Origin: an uncultured Methanosarcinaceae archaeon
GTDB lineage: Archaea; Halobacteriota; Methanosarcinia; Methanosarcinales; Methanosarcinaceae
Assembly (NCBI GenBank): GCA_963733675.1
Contig: CAVTET010000001.1
Coordinates: 384,001-448,000 of the forward strand
Reading direction: 5' to 3'
DNA: 64,000 bases
In this document: positions 1 through 11,369 of the stretch, in pieces
Position numbering within the stretch: the stretch's first letter is position 1
How the letters are laid out: every line of letters starts with the position of its first letter
Notes under the pieces: generated by a model
Database searches by the model: none
Told to the model about the DNA's origin: nothing
The model's input: only the letters and a program-made list of their open reading frames with translations
Made by a program: the position numbers and the translations under genes

Positions 1-153
1 GTATCAAGGGTTATCACACCTTTGATCGGGTCAGGGATTGTCATAGAAAAACCACTGGGAAAGCAAATCAGAACTTTCCAGCTAAACATGGAAAACGAGG
101 CAACGAGGTTAATAATAGATTTTTACAATAAAATAAACCAGATGTTAGCATGA
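1..153 (+). CDS. 3' end of a probable winged-helix DNA-binding protein (truncated by the window start)
   Basis: Frame 1 is open from base 1 to TGA at 151-153: VSRVITPLIGSGIVIEKPLGKQIRTFQLNMENEATRLIIDFYNKINQMLA, which looks like a recognition helix plus wing. Confidence 0.6.
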   Translation, partial: VSRVITPLIGSGIVIEKPLGKQIRTFQLNMENEATRLIIDFYNKINQMLA

Positions 154-189
154 GCCTTAAAAATAAGAGGCTTGAAAAAGAGAAAATTC

Positions 190-220
190 GGGACAGAACA
201 AGACTTTCTGTTCCTTCTTT
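190..220. terminator. Hairpin between convergent genes, possible bidirectional terminator
   Basis: GGACAGAA-caagact-TTCTGTTCC followed by a T-rich run, between the + strand CDS end and the trxB stop. Confidence 0.4.
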
Positions 221-260
221 CTAAGCTTTACAACAGCAATTGGAATATAAAATAATCACA

Positions 261-1211
261 TCAAGAAGAGCACAAAGATTTTTCATGTAGCCTGTTTTTT
301 AGGTTTTCTATGTACTCATTTGCAGCAGTCGCTGCTAGTGCACCATCCCTAACTGCTGCCACAACCTGCCAAATCATCGTGTCACGACAGTCCCCAGCTG
401 CATAAATACCTTTATCTGATGTTTCAAGTGTATTGTTAGTTCGGATAAAGCCTTCCTCATTCTTTTCCACATTAAAAATTTCAGTATTAGGATGGATGCC
501 AACAGAGATAAAAACACCATCTATAGCCAATTCATGAATTTCTCCACTTTTTAGATCTTTAAAAATTATTTTTACTACCCTCTTAACTTCTCCGCTGCTT
601 CCTACGATTTCCATAACAAAAGCATTCAGAATGAATTCGATATTGGGAGTTACTGAAGCCCGATCCTGAAGAATTTTTGCAGCTTTAAATTGCTCTCTCC
701 TGTGTACAAGATGGACCTTACGGGCAATCTTTGAAAGGAAAAGTGCCTCAGTAATTGCCGAGTTGCCACCTCCGATCACTACAACGGTTTTGTTTCGAAA
801 AAAAGGTCCATCACAGATAGCGCAATAGGAAACCCCTCTACTTATAAGTTCTTTTTCTCCTGGAACATTAATGTTCTTTGGGTTTGCACCTGTAGCAATT
901 ATAACAGCTCTTGATTCAAGATCTTCGATGTCCGTAGAAACGATTTTCTTTGTCCCTTCAGAGTGAACAGAGATTACTTCTGTTATCTTTGTCTGTACCC
1001 CCACTTCTTGAGCATGATTTTTGTATTTATCCATTAGCTCAATCCCTGAGATCGATGGGAAACCAGGATAATTTTCCACTATATCTGCAAGCGCTATTTG
1101 GCCACTAATTTCACTCCTTTCAAGAATAAGAGTTTCAAGACCAGAGCGAACGGCAAAAATCCCAGCTGTGAGCCCTGCAGGCCCACCTCCTATAATTATT
1201 AGGTCGTACAT
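261..1211 (-). CDS. trxB: NADPH-dependent thioredoxin reductase
   Basis: IIGGGPAG FAD motif, CAIC redox motif, GGGNSA NADPH motif, GIYAAGD. Start placed at ATG 1211 (MYDLIII). Confidence 0.95.
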   Translation of the reverse strand: MYDLIIIGGGPAGLTAGIFAVRSGLETLILERSEISGQIALADIVENYPGFPSISGIELMDKYKNHAQEVGVQTKITEVISVHSEGTKKIVSTDIEDLESRAVIIATGANPKNINVPGEKELISRGVSYCAICDGPFFRNKTVVVIGGGNSAITEALFLSKIARKVHLVHRREQFKAAKILQDRASVTPNIEFILNAFVMEIVGSSGEVKRVVKIIFKDLKSGEIHELAIDGVFISVGIHPNTEIFNVEKNEEGFIRTNNTLETSDKGIYAAGDCRDTMIWQVVAAVRDGALAATAANEYIENLKNRLHEKSLCSS

Positions 1212-1267
1212 GCGTACCTCACAAATCCAAAAAAGTATTCCAGAAAAGTCCAAAATAAATTAAGAAA

Positions 1268-1510
1268 TTAGATGATGCTAGCGATAGCATCGGCTTTTTT
1301 AGGAAGGCCTATAAAAGCGACCTTCCCATCAATAATGGTTGTAGGAACTCCGACTATTCCATATTTATCTTTCAGTACCTGGCCCTGCGAAGTTTCCACA
1401 TCAACTTCCTCATACTCAAAATCATACTCTGACTTCATATCTTTCCAAAATCTGCGAGCTGATGGACATACAGTGCACCAGCTGGCATGAATAAGTGTAA
1501 CTTTAACCAT
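1268..1510 (-). CDS. Thioredoxin, directly upstream of trxB
   Basis: WCTVCP CxxC motif and GVPT cis-Pro motif, about 80 aa. Start at ATG 1510 (MVKVTLI). Confidence 0.9.
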   Translation of the reverse strand: MVKVTLIHASWCTVCPSARRFWKDMKSEYDFEYEEVDVETSQGQVLKDKYGIVGVPTTIIDGKVAFIGLPKKADAIASII

Positions 1511-1710
1511 GACAAAAGCACCTCTAGATAAAAGCACCTCTAAAAACTGTTATAATCTTTACTCTTTTCGGTATTTTTGATCTATTGCATTCAATTACCA
1601 GTTGGATTAAGGATAAATTTTGATGATCTCAGAAGATAATATAAAGCCTAAAAACTGTGATCATAAACTCATTGTACAAATCAATTTACATATATAAATA
1701 AGTTAAGCGT

Positions 1711-1945
1711 CAGTACTTCTTATTTGCTGTAGTTCCAAATGGCTACTATAAATTAGGTTACAATTTTCCCTTTAATAGTTCATAAAAAATTTTATCCATA
1801 AACCTTAATTCCATTTTATTGTAATAGTCTCTAGAAAATTCAATATTGTAGGGTTCTGAAATAGAAATTATGCATAGCCTTCACTAAACTATTTTGTATT
1901 TTTCTCCCGAGTATATTTTGGAGTAGATATCCATTATTCGAGCTC
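1711..1945 (-). mobile_element. Degenerate IS right-end relic, probably ISH3 family (related copies at about 25740-25973 and 31250-31500)
   Basis: Ends in CAGTACTTC, an ISH3-like terminus. Shares blocks such as GGAACTACAGCAAAT and AATATTGAATTTTCTAG with the 25.8 kb copy and CACTAAACTATTTTGTA with the 31.4 kb copy. Confidence 0.45.
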
Positions 1946-2132
1946 GAGGCGTTTGATCCCTTTCTTGATCTAATTTATTTGAGTAATTCATAAATAATTT
2001 TAATAGGATATTGCATAATGTCCCAATTTAGTTTTTGATCCGACGTTCCATAAATGTATATAGATATATATAAATATAGAATTTGTTTGCCTATTGCCTG
2101 CTATTAATCGTTGAAAGTTGGATTATTTGTTA

Positions 2133-2221
2133 GATGATTTTGATAAAATCCCCTACATTTTGTTATATCCATATATATCAGTATATATGCTCGTGAAAAT
2201 CAGAGTTGTATCGAAATCCTC
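2133..2221. mobile_element. About 90-bp MITE with IS5-type termini
   Basis: GATGATTTTGATAAA...CGTGAAAATCAGAGTTGTATCGAAATCCTC. Homologous to six other copies in the window. Confidence 0.65.
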
Positions 2222-2563
2222 TTTAAGCTATTTCATATTGAGAAAATGGATAACATTCTTATTTACAACTGCGAAAACTTGGCTGGATAAAAAAACACCC
2301 TCTATTAAATATTTTTTTATTTACTTTATGCCAGAATTATTTTGCTCTTCAATCTATTTGTAAGCAATATCAAACTTTACTTTTTGACTCCTAGATCAAC
2401 ATATCATAAAACAAAAAACATAACTAATTTTGATTTTAGGGTCCATCTTTCAGGTTTTTAGATTAAGGCCTCAAAGTGAACTTTCTAAATATCAATCATA
2501 ATATTGTAACCGGAAACAAGTATATTTATAAGTGGTGAGTAGTAAAAATGCAGGAGAAAATAA

Positions 2564-3202
2564 TTGATAGATGAAAAACTTGGATTTTTAATCTATACAT
2601 TCACAACCATCCTTGTTGTTGTCAGCCCCATCAGTGGAGTTGTGACTTTCATCTCCCTGACAAATGAGATGACAAATGAGAAAAAAAATGAAATTGCAAA
2701 AAAGTCCGTTACAATTGCATGCATAATTGCTCTTTTTTTTGCAATTACAGGAAACATGATGCTGAATCTGTTCAGCATCAGTGTGGATTCACTGCGAGTT
2801 GCAGGAGGAATCCTTCTTTTCAGCATTTCTTTTGATATGATGCATGCTAAGGTCTCAAGGGGGAGCATTACCGAAGAAGAAATATCTCAATCCCAAGAAC
2901 GTGAAGATATATGGATATTTCCGATAGGTCTTCCGCTTCTGACTGGGCCAGGTACGATCAGTACAGTGATTGTCCTGATGGGAGGAGCACAAAATATTGA
3001 GCAAAAAATAATGGTTATTGCATCGATCATATTAACTTTTGCCGTATGTAGTTGCGTCTTCCTATTCTCAAGAAGTATTCATAAGTTGATTGGGTATAAC
3101 GGAATGCTAGTTTTTACACGACTAATGGGACTTTTGCTTGCAGCTCTTGCAGTGCATCTAACTGCCACAGGAATAATAAATATTTTTAAGATAACAGTTT
3201 GA
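2564..3202 (+). CDS. MarC family integral membrane protein
   Basis: Six hydrophobic segments, SLRVAGGILLF, PIGLPLLTGPGTI and TRLMGLLL motifs. AGGAG RBS upstream of the TTG start. Confidence 0.9.
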   Translation: MIDEKLGFLIYTFTTILVVVSPISGVVTFISLTNEMTNEKKNEIAKKSVTIACIIALFFAITGNMMLNLFSISVDSLRVAGGILLFSISFDMMHAKVSRGSITEEEISQSQEREDIWIFPIGLPLLTGPGTISTVIVLMGGAQNIEQKIMVIASIILTFAVCSCVFLFSRSIHKLIGYNGMLVFTRLMGLLLAALAVHLTATGIINIFKITV

Positions 3203-3701
3203 GACAGTCATATGGGTAAATGTATAGTTATGGAACAATAATCTAAAATATTCATTCTAATTGTGTATTAAAAAGTTATAGTGAATTGCAAAACTTTTTG
3301 GCAGTGTACATACAGTTCTGTTGAATCTGATCGTCTCTGTATCCTTTTTCTTTCACTGCAAAAAGTAGGATGTAGAGCCAATAGTTAATATCTTCTCATT
3401 CATAAAAGATTCTCTTTTCGATCACAAAAACGAAATTTACCATCTAATGAATTGGTTTTTAAACCTTGTAATGGAAAGGAAGATCTTCATGGACCGTAGG
3501 CAGTCAATCTAACATCATAAATCCAAGGAGTTCTATTCCACAACTGCAAATACATTATCCAAGTTTAGTACATTTCCAACAGTAGGACTAACAATTAAAA
3601 ACTTCAACACAAGTAGTTGAATTCATAATTTAATATTTAACTTTATATATGGAACTAATAACATGTCTAAGAAACACTATTTTCACAGGAGTAGTTCCTT
3701 T

Positions 3702-4556
3702 GGTTCCGTTGCAAAAAATCCTTTCTAATGATACAATAGAATAAAAAGAAAACCAAAGATAGTAACATGCTATCTAATTCCTTTAAATGGAAGCATTATG
3801 AAGGGGAAATTATCTTATTGAATGTAAGATGGTACTTAAAATATGCATTAAGTTATAGAAATTTAAAGGAAATGATGGCAGAAAGGGGAGTAAAAGTCGA
3901 CCATACAACAATCATGAGATGGATACATCAATATTCCCCTGAAATAGAAAAGAAGATAAGAAGACATTTAAGACCAACAAATGATTCGTGGAGAGTTGAT
4001 GAAACCTATATCAAAGTAAAAGGTAAATGGAAATATTTTTACCGAGCAGTTGACTCAAATGGAGATACAATTGATTTCATGTTAAGTTCAAAACGAGATA
4101 GAAAGGCAGCGAAGAGATTCTTTAAGAAAGCTTTAAGTTCTAATCATAATCAAATTCCAAGATTAATAACCGTTGATAAGAATCCAGCTTATCCACCTGC
4201 TATAGGTAAACTGAAAAATGATAAAATACTACCTAAAAACGTAGGCATTAGACAAATCAAGTATTTGAATAACATTATAGAACAAGATCATAGATTTATA
4301 AAGCGAATCGTTAATCCAATGTTAGGATTTCAGTCTTTTCAATCTGCTAATAAGACTTTAAAAGGAATTGAAGCTATGAATATGATCAAAAAAGGACAAG
4401 TCAATAATTTAAATTACTCTGTTCTTAATGAAGTCAAATACATTAATCAATTGTTTGGTATAGTTTTATAATGTTAGTGCATTTTCTTTGAATATTCTGA
4501 TTTTTATTCATTACTTATAGATTTACATATTTTTTTGAATTTTTTGCAACGGAACC
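3702..4556 (+). mobile_element. IS6-family insertion sequence, 855 bp, apparently intact
   Basis: Terminal inverted repeats GGTTCCGTTGCAAAAAAT / ATTTTTTGCAACGGAACC enclose the transposase. No flanking direct repeat. Confidence 0.95.
3767..4471 (+). CDS. IS6-family DDE transposase
   Basis: FKWKHY..IILLNVRWY, WRVDETYIKVKGKW, YRAVD, TVDK and LNNIIEQDHR motifs. Confidence 0.95.
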   Translation: MLSNSFKWKHYEGEIILLNVRWYLKYALSYRNLKEMMAERGVKVDHTTIMRWIHQYSPEIEKKIRRHLRPTNDSWRVDETYIKVKGKWKYFYRAVDSNGDTIDFMLSSKRDRKAAKRFFKKALSSNHNQIPRLITVDKNPAYPPAIGKLKNDKILPKNVGIRQIKYLNNIIEQDHRFIKRIVNPMLGFQSFQSANKTLKGIEAMNMIKKGQVNNLNYSVLNEVKYINQLFGIVL

Positions 4557-5676
4557 AATAAAAGAATTATGTTGAATAATTTAAACTTTACCTTTTATAA
4601 GATACATAGGTCACAGTAATTTTTGGATAGGTTCTTAGTTCTCAGAACACTGATTTTCAGATTTCCCCCAGAAAAATAAGTTAACTTATGTTTTGCCAAA
4701 ATCTAGATTAATGCTTTAAAGGCAAAATAATTAATTAAAATTCCTCATTTAATCTAAAAATTACTTTTAAAGCTACTTAATTAGTACTGCTAAAAGATTT
4801 TGGAATACGAGGCTTAATCGTCGCTGAAAGTCTCATGGAATGACTTAGAACCTATTCAAAAACTAAATAATTATATTCTATAATATTTATAATTTATCTA
4901 CAGCCCCCAGAACACCACACCCAGAACACCGCAGATACATTATATTGGAATAAGTACTCAGTTATTTGGAATAAAAACCGGGAATACACTATATTTGTAC
5001 AATGCTCAAGGAGAATTCATTGGTAAGGGAATGAGACATCGGCCATCAGTGAGATGAGAAATTCTCATTTCAACTTTTTTGATAATACTCAGATAAACCG
5101 AAGGTACCAGCATTGCCAACTGATTTTTGAACGACACCCTCTGTTAAAAATAGTAGTTCAAGCTGCAGTATAGAGATACCAGTAACTTGAGAAACTATCT
5201 GTCAGTGAGTTCCTGACAATATTTTATTTTGAGGTACATAAAAATAAAAATGAAGGAGACGTCTACAGCGTTGGGGTATTATCTATCAGTAAGCTCCGTG
5301 ACAGTTTTTCATTTTCAGACACATAACTACACTAAAACATTTTATTCCAAGATTTATGTCATAATAAATTTATGGATCATAATATATTAGCTGAATATGA
5401 TTAAATATATGTTTTTTGCACATGCACCATATATTAATCAATATAATTAAATATTGGAACATGTACGTAATCCTCATCTCATGAACCATGACAGCAGAAG
5501 TCTCAAATCTAAAGACGTTAATGGGTTGAAAATTATCTTTCAAGAGAAGCCAATTATTCAGCTAGCGAAAAACATTCTCAATAGTGCCTTCACTAAGATT
5601 AGTTGAGCAAATTTTGGTGGGCTGATTTTTATTTTATCATTTCTTTGAGCTCGTATAATCTCTTTGGTGCCTTATA

Positions 5677-5835
5677 TCAAGTCTGCTTCAAGAAAAGAAA
5701 CAAAGCGAATATTCCAATCAAGATACCCAAAAATGCAACTCCAATAATGACTTTAACTACAAGATGTATTGCTTGCTTTATCTTAATTTTATCATCAAGC
5801 ATACAAATAACAACCGCAGCGTCTTCGAAAGCCAT
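5677..5835 (-). CDS. Possible small membrane protein (52 aa), not in the ORF track
   Basis: MAFEDAAVVICMLDDKIKIKQAIHLVVKVIIGVAFLGILIGIFALFLFLKQT, with one long hydrophobic helix. Confidence 0.35.
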   Translation of the reverse strand: MAFEDAAVVICMLDDKIKIKQAIHLVVKVIIGVAFLGILIGIFALFLFLKQT

Positions 5836-6800
5836 CAATTACTTAGCTTTTTATCAATTAAGTAATCAGACTGATCTCATATATCAAAAAGTTGATTTTG
5901 CGAGCTGCAGGTGAAGAGATGCCTGCAGCTGGATGGAAAGTCTATTTTAAGGTACTTGCATACCTATAATTCATAAATAGATTTAATTTGTTATATGCTT
6001 TTTGCATATATCCCAGATAGTACTAACTTAAACTAATTAGTACGAAAATTATGTAGTCCTATATAATGAATTATAACAGACCGACACCTTTCCCCGCCCA
6101 TCAAAAATGACTTAATTTCAGCCCCTACAGTAGGTTTTTGAATATTCATTAGGACAGAAACCCTATCTGACTCAAGAAAATGCCAAAAAGAGCCCCAAAG
6201 TTGTCCATCTTTTGACTTAATAATCGAATCCTTGGCGATATATCAGAAAAGGAAGGAAATACTGAATAAAATGGTAACACATATCAATCTAAAAAAATAA
6301 AACCATATTCCTATAAACACCTAATGCTTTTGCGATATCTGTATTTCTTTTGTGTTTGTTTGCTAGGAGTAGGATACTTGCTATGGTTAGTTCTCTTGTA
6401 ATTTTATATCCTTTTCTCACAAAGTCCATAAGGAAAGTTACATCATGATTTTAAAATTCAAAATAGAGTATAAAGATTTAAAAGAGATTCATAGCTTCTA
6501 AAGATGACAAATAATGAAATTGTTGAGACACTAAAAGAAATAGAATAATAGTTATAACAATACACATAAAAATAACAGTTACAATTGAAATTATGAACCT
6601 GAGCTATGGGATAGGTTATGCAGTTCTTAAATAGAACTGGAAGGTCAATAATGTCAAAATTTACCTAGCACAAACTCGGAATTTCATTTTTTGGCACCAT
6701 CATCAAAAAATTAAAAAATTTCAATCAGTTTACCTGAGTGAACATTTCAGGTACATAATTACGTTATTAAGGACTATCCACTATAAAGAAGGCATCTGTA

Positions 6801-7355
6801 ATGAAAATAGTAAAATTTATTGCCGGAATACGATTCTTTGGGTTAATCCCAGTTATTGGGTTGGCGACTGCAGCTTGTATTCTGTTCATTAAAGGCGGCA
6901 TTGATCTGATTTACTTGCTAGTAGAATTGGTTGCTGAAATAACAAAGACAGGTACAAAAGGTGTCATTATTGTTGGATTTGTGGAGACTGTTCATTTCTT
7001 TTTAATTGGCACGATACTTTTTCTCACTTCACTTGGTTTTTACCAATTGTTTTTCCAGGTGCTTCCTTTACCGGAGTGGCTGAAGATGAATAACATTGAG
7101 GAGATGGAATTGAGTTTAGTAGGACTTACTGTAGTAGTGCTGGGAGTCAACTTTTTAAGCGTGATTTTTGAACAGCAAGAAATCAACCTGGCTATCTATG
7201 GAATTGGCTACTCTTTACCTATAGCAGCACTGTCTTATTTTATGAAGATATGTTCTGATATTAGAAATAATGAGAGTAAGCACCCGATGGCAATCGAGGA
7301 GCTATTCTCTAAAACTAGTGAACCCAATCAGTCATGGATGAAAAAAGGATATTGA
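6801..7355 (+). CDS. YqhA/UPF0114-like membrane protein
   Basis: Four TM segments, FLIGTILFLTSLGFYQLF and LPEWLKMNNIEEM pattern. Confidence 0.8.
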   Translation: MKIVKFIAGIRFFGLIPVIGLATAACILFIKGGIDLIYLLVELVAEITKTGTKGVIIVGFVETVHFFLIGTILFLTSLGFYQLFFQVLPLPEWLKMNNIEEMELSLVGLTVVVLGVNFLSVIFEQQEINLAIYGIGYSLPIAALSYFMKICSDIRNNESKHPMAIEELFSKTSEPNQSWMKKGY

Positions 7356-7777
7356 AAAATGAGGACATGTACAGATGCTTCTGTAAATTTTGAATGGATT
7401 TGTACCCTTTGTCTTCATCACAAAATACAGAGTTCATTGAGTTCATTATACATTTATTTTAGGAAAATCTACACATCATTTTTTTTGGACTTGATTTATT
7501 ACCTTAAAATGTAGTTTTTTTGTAATTGCATCGGAATCTAGAATAAAAGTTTTCCTGTTGAATAGCTGCCTTGGAAGTTAAAATATTGATTTCATGATGT
7601 ATCTTCGAAAATTTTAATAGAGTAACCAGTTAATATTTATGCAAAGTTTATTTTGATAAGTTTAAAAATATAATTTCTCAGTAGAAAAGTTTACTTTGTA
7701 GAACGAAGTATTATCAATTTGTATTATTGAAGTTATTTTTCATCATTAATACCAAAACCAATTTCAAGAGGCAGATA

Positions 7778-8404
7778 ATGAACAAATTTACATGTAATAA
7801 AGCTAGCAGAGGGTATATACTCGTAAAGGCTTTAGGAATCACTATGCTGGTGCTTTTTATTCTATTGAGTCACGCAGGTGCAACGCAGGATTCAGATACT
7901 CGGTTCAAAAAGGGACTCAATCTATCGAAATTAGGACATGCAGATGAAGCAATAAAAGCATATGAAAAAACAATGATTCAGGATTCAGATGATTGGAAAA
8001 ATGAAGTAGTTGCTCTGGATAATTTAGATAAATCTGATGAAGTAATAAATCTATATGGAAAAGCAAGTGAAATAAACCCGCAGGATTCAATAGGTTGGTA
8101 CAATAAAGGAAGTGCACTATATAAATTAAATAAATTCGATGAAGCAATAAAAGCATATGACAAAGCAATTGAAACTAACCCGCAGAATTCAGATGCTTGG
8201 AACAATAAAGGACGCGCTTTATATAAGTTGAATAAATTCGATGAAGCAATAAAAGCATATGACAAAGCGATTGAAATTAACCCGCAGAATTCAGATGCTT
8301 GGAACTATAAAGGACTTGCTCTTGGTAAATTAAACAATCATGAAGATGCAATGAAAGCATATGACAAAGCAAGTGAAATTGCTCAGCAAAAATCAAAAGC
8401 TTGA
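7778..8404 (+). CDS. TPR-repeat protein with N-terminal signal/TM segment
   Basis: Repeated AWxNKGxALYKLNKFDEAIKAYDKAIEINPQ units. ATG at 7778 follows GAGG. Confidence 0.85.
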   Translation: MNKFTCNKASRGYILVKALGITMLVLFILLSHAGATQDSDTRFKKGLNLSKLGHADEAIKAYEKTMIQDSDDWKNEVVALDNLDKSDEVINLYGKASEINPQDSIGWYNKGSALYKLNKFDEAIKAYDKAIETNPQNSDAWNNKGRALYKLNKFDEAIKAYDKAIEINPQNSDAWNYKGLALGKLNNHEDAMKAYDKASEIAQQKSKA

Positions 8405-8426
8405 AACAATTAAGTAAAAGTTTTAA

Positions 8427-8516
8427 GAAAATTTTGATAGACTTCAATATTTAATAATTATGCTTATAATGGTATATCGATCATTCTTGAAAATCAGAAG
8501 TTTATCGAAATTTTTC
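8427..8516. mobile_element. About 90-bp MITE with IS5-type termini
   Basis: GAAAATTTTGATAGAC...TGAAAATCAGAAGTTTATCGAAATTTTTC. Confidence 0.55.
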
Positions 8517-9732
8517 TAAATAAAAAGCACAATCAATGGAGACCATTTGAGGTAGTCAGCTCATCTAAATTTACCAATTGAATCTTAATAAAGATGGCTT
8601 AATGTTGTTTTAATCAGGCTGAATAGTTACAAAAAAACTAGTGTTTGACCAACTTTCTAAAGTAAAAACACTCCATGACACAAAATTAGACCATAAGATC
8701 CTCAAAACCTTAAAACAGGAGTATTCTACCCTTTTTGAAAACCCTTATGAAGATAAAATTTTTCCAAAAATCACCTAAAGCTCTTTAAATTGCTCATAAG
8801 GTAATTAGTCTAGTCATATCCTAAATGGCCAACAAAGAGTATGAAAATCAATAATCTACTTGGAAATTTTTCTGGTGAAGATCCATGAAGGTTAACTACA
8901 TAATTTAACAAGTAGCCTGAAAATTGATGCAAAGGGTGACAATTTTTTATCATCTATGAAGTACTTATTCTTTTTTTGCATTTTTGCAAAATATAAGCAG
9001 AATACAGAAATGATGTAAATATTTTTCACTGTTCTTAGCATTACTTGCTAAAATCATACAAATTATAATTAAAAGCAAGTAAAGTTATGTTTTTTATAAT
9101 TAATTTCAATCTCTACATAACTCAGTTCCGAAATTAAGTGATTGGCGTAAAACTGAAAAAAATCACTAGATTTTGAAATTGGATACAATCCTTTGAAAAT
9201 ATCCTCATGATTGAAGCCTTGAGGTATCAATATTAAGAAGAATACTCTTTTCTGCAAATTTAGTCCATGAATCAGAAGTCACTGGATTGTAAACCATAGT
9301 CACTTTTAAAAATATTGTATTTAAAAAAATACAAATATCTTGGGGAGAAATATTGTTTTTCAGTGTCAACATAAAGGTGTATAGGATCACCATCATTTAG
9401 ATGGCATCAAAATCAGAAAAATACATTCTACCAAGTTCAAAGAGTATATCTTTTAAATAGTTGTGGATATGATTATGTAAAATAAATTGAGTATAATATT
9501 TCATATAAAAAAACTATTTTATATCTTATTTGGCAGATAAAATCGTTTTTATAGCGCATTTGAATTTATTTAGTGCCTAAATAATTTCAAATACTAAATA
9601 ATTTTAAATAACTTTATAATATAAATATTGAAATTTAAGCCAAGAAGCATTGTATAATCATGGAAAGCACAAAAAAGATGAAAAGTTACTCAAATATTTT
9701 TTTTCTTCCATGCTTGCCGTGGTTCAACTCTA

Positions 9733-9821
9733 GAGAATTTTGGTAAATCTCGATTTTTGATTGGTTGTTTATAAGGTATATAATAGCAATTTGTTGAAAT
9801 CGAAGGTTTATCAAAATTTTC
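9733..9821. mobile_element. About 90-bp MITE with IS5-type termini
   Basis: GAGAATTTTGGTAAATC...GAAATCGAAGGTTTATCAAAATTTTC, flanked by CTA. Confidence 0.6.
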
Positions 9822-10064
9822 CTAAGATTAGTAGAGGTACATGTGTACGGAGGAAAATCCATGATTCTAATTTTTTGAAAGTGTTAACATTTACTGTGAT
9901 GATTCTAATTTTTTGTTGAAACAGTAATGGTTTAATACTATTGTTTCCTCGGTTTAACTGCATAAGTTCTATAATATATACATAACTTATGCCGATGGAA
10001 GTGCATCTAAGAACCAGCTTAAACTCACATCAAATTGAGAAAACGAATCTGAAGTTTATATTAA

Positions 10065-10582
10065 ATGGGAAAACTAGCATTTGAAAGAAGAATAAATACA
10101 CTAGTTATTTTGGTGGTATTTTTTTGTAATAATTTCAATGACAGCTAGTAAGTGCCGCAGATGAAATACAACATCTGCACAAAGGCGGACACCACCCAAA
10201 GAGGACATCATTTCCACAACTGGCATGACCCCCACCATCACACCACCTTCATGACCGCTACAACAATGGTGTTTACTACGCGAACTCTGAGTGTACATAT
10301 AATCCTGTTACTCTAGTGTGGGATTGAATCCACGTGCCCATCGTAGAAGAAGTACAACCTGTCATAGAAGAGGTATAACCCGTTGTAAAAAAACCAATTA
10401 TAGCAACAAAACCCGCTGTGGTAACATCTAATTTAGCAAAATCAGTCGCATCGAGACCATCTTCAACAAAACAAGTTGCAGCAAAACATGCTATAGGAAC
10501 ACCCAGTTTAGCAACACCCGCAATACCTACAACACCCGGTTCAATAACCGATGTAACAATATGGATCTTTTGGTACAACTGA
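10065..10582 (+). pseudogene. Decayed secreted His-rich, Pro/Thr-rich protein gene
   Basis: MGKLAFERRINTLVILVVF signal-like start, then His-rich and EEVQPVIEEV..KPAVV..TP low-complexity coding, broken by frameshifts and stops. GC-rich relative to flanks. Confidence 0.5.
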
Positions 10583-11176
10583 TGGATCATATTTCTGATG
10601 AGGAATGAAGAGAAATGTTGGAGACAAAACTGCGAAAAGACCTGGGTAGATTTCCACATGCATTTTTTAATTTTTACTTTCAATTTTTTCATCCTAAAAC
10701 AGTTTTGCTTCAAGAATGGTTTCATTTATTATTACATTGGATTGCTATGTAGTTTCATAGATTCTTACCCCGCATGAAATAAAAGCAATGTTGCGAATTT
10801 ACTGTAAATTCAAAGTCAAGTTTCTATTTACTGTTTTTAATTTGTTTTTCCGAAAAGGGTTCCCTACGTAATAATTTTTTAATATTTGTGATTTTACATA
10901 ACTTCCAGTAAACTGCCGAATTTTGGGGCAAGTATAAATACATATAAAATGTCGCATTATTTAAAATGATGACTATAAGTTGCTGTAAATCATATATTAT
11001 TTTTATTACTTTCGGTTTGTATCTTTTGCGTGTCTTGTTTATCCCTTATGTCATTATATACATTTTTTGATTCTCTACATCCATCATTTAATACACCCGC
11101 AATATTTTGATCCAATTCGAAACCTATAAGTTTTCCGGCTTTTTCAGTCCATACTTATTAAATAGACACTGTTGAC

Positions 11177-11326
11177 GGTTCTGGTACAAAAATAATATTT
11201 CCGCAGTTTGATACTATAATTCTTACCTTTGTGTATCATTTTTCCCTTTATGATATTGATTGAATTTCCTAATTGTGAATTTTTTCATTGATTTTGCAAC
11301 AAAGCCAGATTTTTTGCACCAGAACC
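11177..11326 (-). mobile_element. 150-bp MITE with IS6-type termini
   Basis: GGTTCTGGTACAAAAAT ... ATTTTTTGCACCAGAACC. Reverse complement is colinear with 15021-15169. Confidence 0.8.
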
Positions 11327-11369
11327 AGTTTTTTTCTATAAAAACCGTGCATTAGTTAAAATGATGAAT

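Noticed and set aside
8600-9450. Possible coding relics here, and similar ones at 3300-3600, 4900-5330 and 25000-25400
   Set aside because: Short codon-like stretches exist, but I could not assign any family with support. BLASTX would be needed.
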